Under the pieces are notes generated by a model. The model was given only the letters and a program-made list of their open reading frames with translations, was not told the DNA's origin and did not search any database. 53,100 bases of DNA. It comes from a virus. Taxonomy: Duplodnaviria; Caudoviricetes. Shown here one piece after another: positions 46,387-53,100 of this stretch (positions within the stretch are counted from its first letter, which is position 1; every line of letters starts with the position of its first letter). The translations under genes and the position numbers were made by a program. The stretch spans positions 1 to 53,100 of the IMG/VR virus record IMGVR_UViG_3300027985_001356; one strand, 5' to 3'.

Positions 46387-47738
46387 GCAAAACAGTACGC
46401 CTTACCAAAGGCACAAAGACCCTGGTTATCAAAACTGTGCGCTCTGGTGGGGCGGGTGCCGGTGCAGCCTCTAATGCCTTTATCTATCAGCCAGGAGGAG
46501 GTGGTATTGGTCCATCTGTCTTTGGGGATTGGGCGACTCTAATGTTGGCACTGGATGCCGCAAGGACGGCGGGGGGGCTTCCGCCTGGAGGAAAATTCCA
46601 AATATTATTTGATAATAGCATCACGTCTCCTGCGGTTATTCCAGCCGGGACGTACGACATGACAAACGTAGAATGGAGAGGCACGGGCGGGGCCACTTTC
46701 TTCGTATCAGTTAGCATCCCGGAGGGGGCTATATTCACTGGGCTAAGAGAAATTCGTCATTTTTTGGCTATCGACTTCACCGGGACCACACCCCCTGTCT
46801 CTGATTTCTCAAATTTTGAGAGCTTTTTTATAGAGGACGAGGTCAAGCTATCCTGTTCAGGCGCGGGCCCTTTCTGCCGCATTACTTCGGCGATTACGGT
46901 TTTCTTCTTTATTAATGAGAATTTCGCCGGGCTTGGTACGGGTGGTCCGTGCATTGATGCATCGGTTTCGGGTTCTACGATCAGCGTATTTAGTGCGGGC
47001 GGGTCCATCGTAGCGGACACTTTCTCGGGCGTAGCTGGTTCCACCCTTTCGATCACTCCGCGCGATACCAATGCGATTGTCTCATCTGTTCATCCTCAGT
47101 TCCTCGGGTCCTTTACAACAAACTACGAAGGGATTCTGAGGCAGCATGTTCGTCCGCCTCGGACTACGGCAGTATCTACCCCTACTTCTGGGCAACTGTA
47201 TCTGATGGACACTACATCAGCCGCCATCTCCCAAACGCTACCAGCGGTTACAACATTCTTTCCTGGCGACATGCTTACTTTTATAAAGACCGCAGGCGCC
47301 AACCCTATAACCATTTCCCCGGGCGGCAGCGATACTATCAGCGGTGGCACTGCCCCTGTGGTGCTGTCGGACCCGGTGGACTCGGTCGTATTCATTCGCG
47401 GCCATCTCACGACTGCGGATTGGCACGTCTTAAAACAGCCGATTGGCCCAAGGTGGAATGTTACTGCTGTCGCGACATCAGTCGTAACGGCTCAGCTTGG
47501 TGATTTGCAGCGATGTGACCCGTCCGGTGGTGCATTTGCCGTCAATTTGCCAGCTGTTACCGCAGGGAATGAGGGTGCCGAGATCATTGTTAAGAACGTG
47601 ACTGCATCAGTAAACGCAATCACGATCACCCCAGCTGGCGCAGATACGATTGACGGTGCTGCTACACTCGTTATTAACACGGCACGTGGTGTGGCACGGA
47701 TTGTGTCCAACGGTGTGAGCGATTGGATGATCGCATGA
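46383..47738 (+). CDS. Fibre/receptor-binding protein
   Basis: Two C-terminal D.S.GA...LPA...G...IK...N.ITI.P.G.DTI.G repeats. Confidence 0.78.
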   Translation: MSKTVRLTKGTKTLVIKTVRSGGAGAGAASNAFIYQPGGGGIGPSVFGDWATLMLALDAARTAGGLPPGGKFQILFDNSITSPAVIPAGTYDMTNVEWRGTGGATFFVSVSIPEGAIFTGLREIRHFLAIDFTGTTPPVSDFSNFESFFIEDEVKLSCSGAGPFCRITSAITVFFFINENFAGLGTGGPCIDASVSGSTISVFSAGGSIVADTFSGVAGSTLSITPRDTNAIVSSVHPQFLGSFTTNYEGILRQHVRPPRTTAVSTPTSGQLYLMDTTSAAISQTLPAVTTFFPGDMLTFIKTAGANPITISPGGSDTISGGTAPVVLSDPVDSVVFIRGHLTTADWHVLKQPIGPRWNVTAVATSVVTAQLGDLQRCDPSGGAFAVNLPAVTAGNEGAEIIVKNVTASVNAITITPAGADTIDGAATLVINTARGVARIVSNGVSDWMIA

Positions 47739-48100
47739 CCTCCGGCGGACCTCCTCCGCGGGGAGGGAGAATGCCCACTGATCCTGGGTATAACTCTCCA
47801 GAGCTCAATGCATTACGCATTGATCAGCTCCAGCATGAGAGCGACAATTTACGACGGAAAGACTCCGAGGTTGCGATTAAGCTAGAGGAGATTGGCAAGC
47901 AACTTACGAGCCACATGGAAAGAATCAAACAACTCAAAGAGTCAAGAGATAAGATAGGCGCTCGAGTCGGTTGTATAGAGGGCTCGGTCTCCGATCTGAT
48001 AGGATGGAAGAAACTGCTTTTGTTTATTGGGGGGGTTGGGTCTCTAGGGTTAGGGGCGCTCATAAAATCTCTCATTGATTCGCTCGCTAACGGAGGATGA
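47735..48100 (+). CDS. Coiled coil plus C-terminal TM (holin/antiholin-like)
   Basis: Heptads then LLLFIGGVGSLGLGALI. Confidence 0.65.
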   Translation: MTSGGPPPRGGRMPTDPGYNSPELNALRIDQLQHESDNLRRKDSEVAIKLEEIGKQLTSHMERIKQLKESRDKIGARVGCIEGSVSDLIGWKKLLLFIGGVGSLGLGALIKSLIDSLANGG

Positions 48101-48104
48101 AGAA

Positions 48105-48335
48105 ATGGACAAGATGAAACCTGGATGGAAGACCACGGAATTTTGGCTGCTTGTTGTTGTGATGTTCATCACTACATTGACGGCCGCTGGCGTGATCGGC
48201 GAAGGGACGAAAATTGAAGCAATCGTGGCACTTGCAGGCCAGGTGCTAGGCGGGCTTGGGTATGGGCAATTCCGGGCTTCGGTCAAAAAGGAGTTTGAGA
48301 AACGCCTAGGCGGCAACCTTCTTAATAAGGAGTAA
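48105..48335 (+). CDS. Putative holin
   Basis: KPGWKTTEFW, two TM helices, basic tail. Confidence 0.7.
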   Translation: MDKMKPGWKTTEFWLLVVVMFITTLTAAGVIGEGTKIEAIVALAGQVLGGLGYGQFRASVKKEFEKRLGGNLLNKE

Positions 48336-48337
48336 AA

Positions 48338-48562
48338 ATGTGGCCAGCAATTGCCATTGCTCTTAGCGCCATCATTGGCGCCGGGATGGTGCTTCTGTTT
48401 TATCGTGTCCGTTCACAGCGTATTGTTGCCGATGATATCAAGCGTGACATTGAAACAAAAATGAGTGGGTGGATTGCTCGCGAGCTGCAACGTCATAGTG
48501 ATCAGAAAGACCAGGAAGCATTTAGCGACTTTGATGACTTCTTTGGGAAGGATGGCAAGTGA
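48338..48562 (+). CDS. N-terminal TM protein (spanin-like)
   Basis: N-terminal TM then charged helix. Confidence 0.6.
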   Translation: MWPAIAIALSAIIGAGMVLLFYRVRSQRIVADDIKRDIETKMSGWIARELQRHSDQKDQEAFSDFDDFFGKDGK

Positions 48563-48921
48563 GGAGTATTGTTGCTATTATCGTCGTCCTTTGTCTTTTG
48601 GGGGGAGCAGCAGTTGCGGATGACGCTCGGATACTCCCAAAGGGGACATCTGTTGTAGTCAAGCATCCGTCTGAGACAGCACCTCACGAATTTGTCATTC
48701 GGGACCAGACGCATTTTATCATTTCCAGGATGCAACTCGACAAGGCGAACGCCGTCGCGAGTGCGAGCAAGAAGCTCCAACAGTCATTGGTTGACTGCCA
48801 GAAAGATCTGGTTGCAGAAAGAAATAAAGATCGGGGCAGAACCTGGGTATCTGCGGTAAAATGGACGAGTATAGGGCTAGTGATTGCCGGGGCTTTTTAT
48901 CTTGGGACTAGAGTGCGATGA
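48559..48921 (+). CDS. Signal peptide plus C-terminal TM protein (spanin-like)
   Basis: AVA-DD cleavage-like site, coiled coil, TSIGLVIAGAFYLG. Confidence 0.6.
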   Translation: MRSIVAIIVVLCLLGGAAVADDARILPKGTSVVVKHPSETAPHEFVIRDQTHFIISRMQLDKANAVASASKKLQQSLVDCQKDLVAERNKDRGRTWVSAVKWTSIGLVIAGAFYLGTRVR

Positions 48922-49098
48922 AAATTCTGAGCTGCAGAGAGCTCAAGCTGAAATCCGATGGCTCCGGGACGAATTCCGGAGCTTGCAGTATATCGTGTGC
49001 ACTCAGAGTCGCAGCTTCGAGGTGTGGAAGGCTGTCATTCGCGAGGCTCTTCGCAAATCAGAGATAAGATACCCAATCCCTCGTACAGGTGGAGACCC

Positions 49099-49782
49099 AT
49101 GGAGTGGCTAGCTAGATTTGTGCATTGGTTGATCGCAAAGCGCGACAAGACAATTGCTCCGCCGCCAGAGCCAAAGGTGGACCCATCTGAGACAACGCTA
49201 GTGGATGCGCCGGCGATCATAAGAGCGCTGGAATGGAAGCCATTCGTAGGGCCCTTGGACGCCTTGCCAAGGAATCGGAGAGAGGTTTATGAAATCTTTG
49301 GTAACCCAGGCTCGGGCACAGTCGATAAGAAGTGGAAGAAGGAAAATATCAGGACATATCGGGACCTGCCTGGAATCCCGCGAAAATGGTACTTTCAGTT
49401 TCACAGGCTGGCAGAGCCAAACCTGAGAGAGGGGTTGCGACGAGCCCGGATTGCCGCGCCAGATTACGAGATTACGAGGGCAGGTGGGTTTGTGTTTCGC
49501 CATATCAGACATGACTCGTCCCGGCCTCTATCGAAACACAGCTGGGGAATCGCCATCGACATCAACCCAAAGCAAAACTCTGCAAAGTATTTCAGGCCGC
49601 GTGGTACAGCACCTGAAATGTGGAGTGAAGAGTGGTTGAAGATCTGGCCCAACGGTGTTCCAAAAGCATGGGTAGAAGCTATGCAGAGCGCCGGATTTGT
49701 CTGGGGCGGAAACTGGGATAGTGACGAAACGTCTACCGATCATACCTTCATTGACAACATGCATTGCGAGATTTCCGGGTAG
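49099..49782 (+). CDS. Endolysin, M15 Zn peptidase
   Basis: GGFVFR, SKHSWGIAIDIN, GFVWGGNW, DNMHCE. Confidence 0.88.
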   Translation: MEWLARFVHWLIAKRDKTIAPPPEPKVDPSETTLVDAPAIIRALEWKPFVGPLDALPRNRREVYEIFGNPGSGTVDKKWKKENIRTYRDLPGIPRKWYFQFHRLAEPNLREGLRRARIAAPDYEITRAGGFVFRHIRHDSSRPLSKHSWGIAIDINPKQNSAKYFRPRGTAPEMWSEEWLKIWPNGVPKAWVEAMQSAGFVWGGNWDSDETSTDHTFIDNMHCEISG

Positions 49783-49833
49783 CGTATAAGTTTGGTTTAC
49801 GCCCTTAAGATCAGCGCCTGGACGGTCGTACCC

Positions 49834-49853
49834 TTGGGGGGCGCAAGCCCCCT
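49834..49853 (+). terminator. GC hairpin with GCAA tetraloop after endolysin
   Basis: gggggc-gcaa-gccccc. Confidence 0.45.
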
Positions 49854-49883
49854 TGGGGGGGCTACCTCGTGGTATACTCTCCC

Positions 49884-49952
49884 TGAGTCGTCACCCTCTT
49901 TCCTGTGGGCGAATATCGTAGGGGATCATAATCTGCCGAGGGTGGCGGCTCA
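49884..49952 (+). ncRNA. Candidate ~70-nt small RNA
   Basis: Extended -10 TGGTATACT at 49870-49878; 15-bp terminal stem with G-U pairs. Confidence 0.4.
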
Positions 49953-50316
49953 CCAAACCTTATGAACCTACTCATCTTCTTATTCTGCGGCCTGCTTGCG
50001 TCCTGGATGTTCTGGACAAGCCTGCGTGGCTAATGTCCTGGACAACCTAGATTCTCGCCTTGTCGTCTATCACCCATGCGCAATGTGTGGGCTTATGACC
50101 AATTTTAAGCACTTAGCTGCAAGCAGATGGCCTAAACAGCAAGGCCCCTTGTGGCTCTGCACTGATTGCTGGATCTATTTCCGAAACTTGTAATCTGTGA
50201 TATTGGCACGCATACTGCATTGTTTGGGTGTCATGATGATCTGCGATGAATTACAGAAGAGATGGAAAGCGCATCAGCGAGATGCTGTTGAACACCGGTT
50301 GCAGCAGCGTGACGAG

Positions 50317-50667
50317 CTAATCCGCTTGCGGCCAGTAAATCCAGATGACATCGCGGAGAGGAGGGCGACAATCATAGGTTCTGTCTCTGTCGTCCGAGTA
50401 TTCCCCGACATGGCAAGACAGGCCCAGATCTCGGATAGCCCTCACGAGTCTTGTCGCTTCCTCTGGGAAGATCTTTAGAGTGGGGTGGAAGACGTCACCA
50501 TCATCAGTCAATATGCGTGTATAAAGCTGATCGTTATCGATTAGATCGTTTTTTATCTTGTCCATGATGTCTGTCAGCCGTTTTCTGAATACCGCTTCAC
50601 GTGACAGATTGCTTTCTATTCTGGCTCTAATGATATTTCTTAAGGCCATCTTATTTGTATTTGCCAT
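50317..50667 (-). CDS. Hypothetical protein
   Basis: AAGGAGG SD; last gene of leftward early operon. Confidence 0.7.
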   Translation of the reverse strand: MANTNKMALRNIIRARIESNLSREAVFRKRLTDIMDKIKNDLIDNDQLYTRILTDDGDVFHPTLKIFPEEATRLVRAIRDLGLSCHVGEYSDDRDRTYDCRPPLRDVIWIYWPQAD

Positions 50668-50678
50668 TTCTATCCTCC

Positions 50679-51362
50679 TTAGAGTCCCGCAGGTTCGATA
50701 ACTATAGCCTGGCGATAGCCAGCAAGCGTTTTGTACTTTGTGGTCCCTGAGATCGTGAAGTACGAAGCTGTCATTGCTGTAATTCCCGCCCCTTGGATGA
50801 CTGTCTCGGTATGCTTGGGCAGTATGAGCACCACGCCATTTAAGTGAGGACTCCTAAATAATGCGAAATCTCCGTCGACTACTTGAAACGCGATGATTTC
50901 CTTGTCGTATTCGTAATCGAGCTGGACCAAATAATCCTTGAGGTTTTCGAGTGTCTCGGATCCGTCCATGACTGCGCGAATGTTGAAGGTTAGGCCTGCG
51001 TCAAAGATTACCCCCTTGTATCCAAGCTTCTTCGCACGAGCTACGAGCTCTGCTTTTTCTTTGTCCCTTCTGGCTTTCAGCTGCGCAAGTGCTGCGGCCT
51101 GTGCCGCTCGCAGCTCAAGCCTTTTCTTCTCATTGGCCTCGGCGATTTGCTCACGTCGGGCCTTCTCGTCATCGAATCGTGACTCTCTATCCATTTGGCG
51201 TTGTTCTCTGGCACGACGCTCCGCCTCTCTGTTCTGTGCGGCCTGTGCCTCTAGGGCCTCGTAGTCACGCAGGGCTCTATCGTGCTTGCGTTGCTTTTGC
51301 ATCCCGATGCACGATGTGGTGAGAGTGACAGCAATGGCTGTGATTATTGATTTGTTGAACAT
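50679..51362 (-). CDS. Lipoprotein with coiled coil
   Basis: MFNKSIITAIAVTLTTSC lipobox-like signal; long charged helix; beta-rich C-terminus. Confidence 0.75.
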   Translation of the reverse strand: MFNKSIITAIAVTLTTSCIGMQKQRKHDRALRDYEALEAQAAQNREAERRAREQRQMDRESRFDDEKARREQIAEANEKKRLELRAAQAAALAQLKARRDKEKAELVARAKKLGYKGVIFDAGLTFNIRAVMDGSETLENLKDYLVQLDYEYDKEIIAFQVVDGDFALFRSPHLNGVVLILPKHTETVIQGAGITAMTASYFTISGTTKYKTLAGYRQAIVIEPAGL

Positions 51363-51646
51363 GTCTGTTCGTTCCTTTCTTGATGTTGATACGTCATGTC
51401 TTGGCCGTTGAACGATCTATCAGTCCTTGCGATTACCGATACGAATTGAAGCCAGCGGCATTGAGTTGCTCTGGATTCGAGAGGGATGTTTAGCGCCTCA
51501 TCGGAGATGACAAGCACGATATCCCTGTTTTCTCGCAGGATTTGGTAAGCCTCATTTTCATCGATGGCCGTGAGAACATCGTGGGTTTTGAACGAGGGAT
51601 GGCGGTGAAGATTAGAGGCTTGGGCATTTACGAGTAGGATTTTCAT
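51344..51646 (-). CDS. Truncated/degenerate response-regulator receiver domain
   Basis: MKILLVN...DVLTA.D..EA.QILR...IVLVISD. Confidence 0.6.
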   Translation of the reverse strand: MKILLVNAQASNLHRHPSFKTHDVLTAIDENEAYQILRENRDIVLVISDEALNIPLESRATQCRWLQFVSVIARTDRSFNGQDMTYQHQERNEQTCSTNQ

Positions 51647-51700
51647 TTTTGGGGGGCTCCTGTGGTTTTTTGTAAGGGGACTAAGCTGCGCGCTCACCTG

Positions 51701-51931
51701 CTAAACACCGGCGTCTATTTTGGCAACAAGTTCATCGAGCTCAGACTGCGACAACCAGTGGCCGTGGTGGGGCGTCCTACCAACCCATACGGCGCCGTCT
51801 TCGGCGATTTCGACGTGCGCGCAGTTGGTTGCTTGCACAATCCAGTCCTCAAGAGTTTCGTCGGGGCTTTCATTGCAGCGGCAATCGGTAATCCAGTCGC
51901 TATCTAAGGTGCCTGCGTTTTCGTGATTCAT
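51701..51931 (-). CDS. Small acidic protein
   Basis: AAGGAG SD; D/E-rich 76 aa. Confidence 0.7.
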   Translation of the reverse strand: MNHENAGTLDSDWITDCRCNESPDETLEDWIVQATNCAHVEIAEDGAVWVGRTPHHGHWLSQSELDELVAKIDAGV

Positions 51932-51956
51932 CGGTTTCTCCTTGGTTTTTCGGGGA

Positions 51957-52328
51957 TTAAGCTGCACGCTTGTTGATCTGTAGGTCACTGCTAGAAAACG
52001 AGACGTCATCGCTCCACTCGCAGGCAGCGTCTGCCCAGAAGTCCGCTGAATCCACGCTAACGGGCTGAGGAAGCTGAGGAGCAGAGCGGCGGGTAATAAC
52101 TACAGTCGGCTCTGCTGGGACGCTGTCGCTCTCTGGGGCCTTGGCGCTGCGCCATCCCTCGCCCCATTCATCCTGTGCGTCGTTCCAGAAAGCATTTTCT
52201 GCGCGAATCTCGGCAATGGCTGCTGCGGAGGTGGCGGGGAGCTGGAAGTAGCGCGACCGGTATCCTACCTGTGTGCTGTGTGCGGGCTTTCTTCCGAAGG
52301 GTGAGCATCCTGTTTTCGTTGTGTCCAT
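51957..52328 (-). CDS. First early protein with duplicated FWxDAxxEW motif
   Basis: Leaderless start; internal repeat. Confidence 0.7.
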   Translation of the reverse strand: MDTTKTGCSPFGRKPAHSTQVGYRSRYFQLPATSAAAIAEIRAENAFWNDAQDEWGEGWRSAKAPESDSVPAEPTVVITRRSAPQLPQPVSVDSADFWADAACEWSDDVSFSSSDLQINKRAA

Positions 52329-52334
52329 GATTCC

Positions 52335-52363
52335 AATCTACATCGTTTGGTAACCAAGGTCAA
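52335..52363 (-). promoter_or_regulatory. Sigma70-type early promoter with palindromic operator
   Basis: TTGACC-N17-TAGATT, 6 nt before ATG; TTGGTAACCAA in spacer. Confidence 0.7.
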
Positions 52364-52411
52364 CAAGAAATGAACCAAGAGGTGACCGATTGGTCCTACA
52401 TGGTACCTTTT

Positions 52412-52420
52412 TGGTATACT
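52412..52420 (+). promoter_or_regulatory. Extended -10 promoter for RHH operon
   Basis: TGGTATACT about 20 nt upstream of RHH start. Confidence 0.5.
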
Positions 52421-52441
52421 TTGCAATCAGGATGTGTCATG

Positions 52442-52612
52442 ATGGATACCATGGATAAAGACAAAGAAGAAAGACGGATCAATATCCGGATCTTGCAGAG
52501 GGACTACGATCTAATCAGGGATGCCGCGCGCCTCAAGGGGCTATCTGCGAGTGCCTATGCTCGGATGGTTATTATAGAGGTTGCGAGGCAGGCTCTCGGG
52601 GAGGCAGCGTGA
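52442..52612 (+). CDS. Ribbon-helix-helix regulator (DUF1778-like)
   Basis: RRINIRI..RDYDLIRDAARLKGLSASAYARMVII. Confidence 0.8.
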   Translation: MDTMDKDKEERRINIRILQRDYDLIRDAARLKGLSASAYARMVIIEVARQALGEAA

Positions 52613-52905
52613 GCGATCGGTTGCAGTTGTGGTGGCTCTCTTTTGTTGGAGATGGTTTTTTGGGCGTATCTATCGTCCTGGCTGTCGATTTCATCACCGC
52701 AGTGACTACTGCACATATGCTCGGCATCAATCCGGGGGGCGAAGTTAAGGGGCACCCTTGGAGTGGTGAGAAGTCTGTCCCAGACAGCTATGTAGGACGT
52801 CTTTTGAGCACCGCTGAGCTCGATGAGTTAATGGAGGTTATCGGATCGCGGAGGTGCACCCCGGAGGAAGTTGATCAGGTTTTCGGCAAAGGCGAGGAGA
52901 TATAA
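52609..52905 (+). CDS. Hypothetical protein
   Basis: GTGA-coupled; WWLSF..FLGV...GINPGGEV...GRLLS. Confidence 0.75.
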   Translation: MSDRLQLWWLSFVGDGFLGVSIVLAVDFITAVTTAHMLGINPGGEVKGHPWSGEKSVPDSYVGRLLSTAELDELMEVIGSRRCTPEEVDQVFGKGEEI

Positions 52906-53100
52906 TGGCCTGTCCATGCTGCCAGCGATACGCTCCCAAACGTCGTGACGGCGCGCCTCGACCTGAATGCGAGACGCAAAAGCTTTTGAGGGATACCAGA
53001 ACCCAATATGCGGGATTGCTGGCCGCATATCATGCGCTGGCTACACTGAGCGGCAAGTGCGGTCCGACGCATGATGCACGTTGTTTAGCGTGCGTTCAGA
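52905..53100 (+). CDS. 70-aa Cys-rich protein spanning the circular junction (ends at TAG 159-161)
   Basis: ATG overlaps TAA of upstream ORF; reads MACPCCQRY...RCLACVQKEAGE through the repeat; stop abuts ATG at 162. Confidence 0.75.
   Translation, partial: MACPCCQRYAPKRRDGAPRPECETQKLLRDTRTQYAGLLAAYHALATLSGKCGPTHDARCLACVQ
52957..53100. repeat. Direct terminal repeat, right copy
   Basis: Identical to 1-144. Confidence 0.97.

Noticed and set aside
21251-47710. Many long minus-strand ORFs in the structural region
   Set aside because: Antisense shadows of well-supported plus-strand genes
39752-47738. Diversity-generating retroelement or invertible fibre cassette
   Set aside because: No reverse transcriptase or invertase seen, and no near-identical nucleotide repeat pair noticed by eye
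48884-49111. ORF between spanin-like gene and endolysin
   Set aside because: Helical-looking but start and frame are ambiguous; not called
50197-50478. Plus-strand 93-aa ORF
   Set aside because: Overlaps the better-supported minus-strand gene with strong SD; no SD of its own
52442-52905. TacA/TacT toxin-antitoxin pair
   Set aside because: Downstream gene shows no GNAT acetyl-CoA motif; RHH fits a stand-alone regulator
1-53100. tRNA genes, CRISPR array, stop-codon reassignment
   Set aside because: No cloverleaf or repeat-spacer pattern noticed; core genes are intact in the standard code with all three stops used

Overview
This window is an apparently complete, circular tailed-phage genome of about 52,956 bp; bases 1-144 are repeated exactly at 52957-53100 and an ORF reads through the join. 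It encodes a contractile-tailed virion: terminase, portal, MuF-like protein, XkdF-type protease, scaffold, capsid, DUF3383-like sheath, tube, frameshifting tail chaperone, a 507-aa tape measure, a Pam3/E217-style baseplate, many fibre genes and an M15 endolysin. A leftward block holds a YqaJ exonuclease, annealing protein, Cro-like HTH, initiator with internal origin, DnaC-like loader, Dam-like MTase and RusA. I saw no integrase, ParA, DNA polymerase, tRNA, CRISPR array or reverse transcriptase. Most unusual features: (1) a 787-aa prohead protease polyprotein carrying six GxHxH repeats and a catalytically rewritten family-4 uracil-DNA-glycosylase fold; (2) the baseplate plug gene is absent from the tail operon and sits on the opposite strand, fused to a LamG-like domain; (3) a small Zn-binding protein ending in the SSB tip DDLPF at the usual ssb position; (4) an RHH-flanked early operon with acidic repeat proteins, a truncated receiver domain and a lipoprotein; (5) further enzyme folds with altered active sites; (6) two candidate structured RNAs. 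All family calls are by-eye motif recognition, not database searches.
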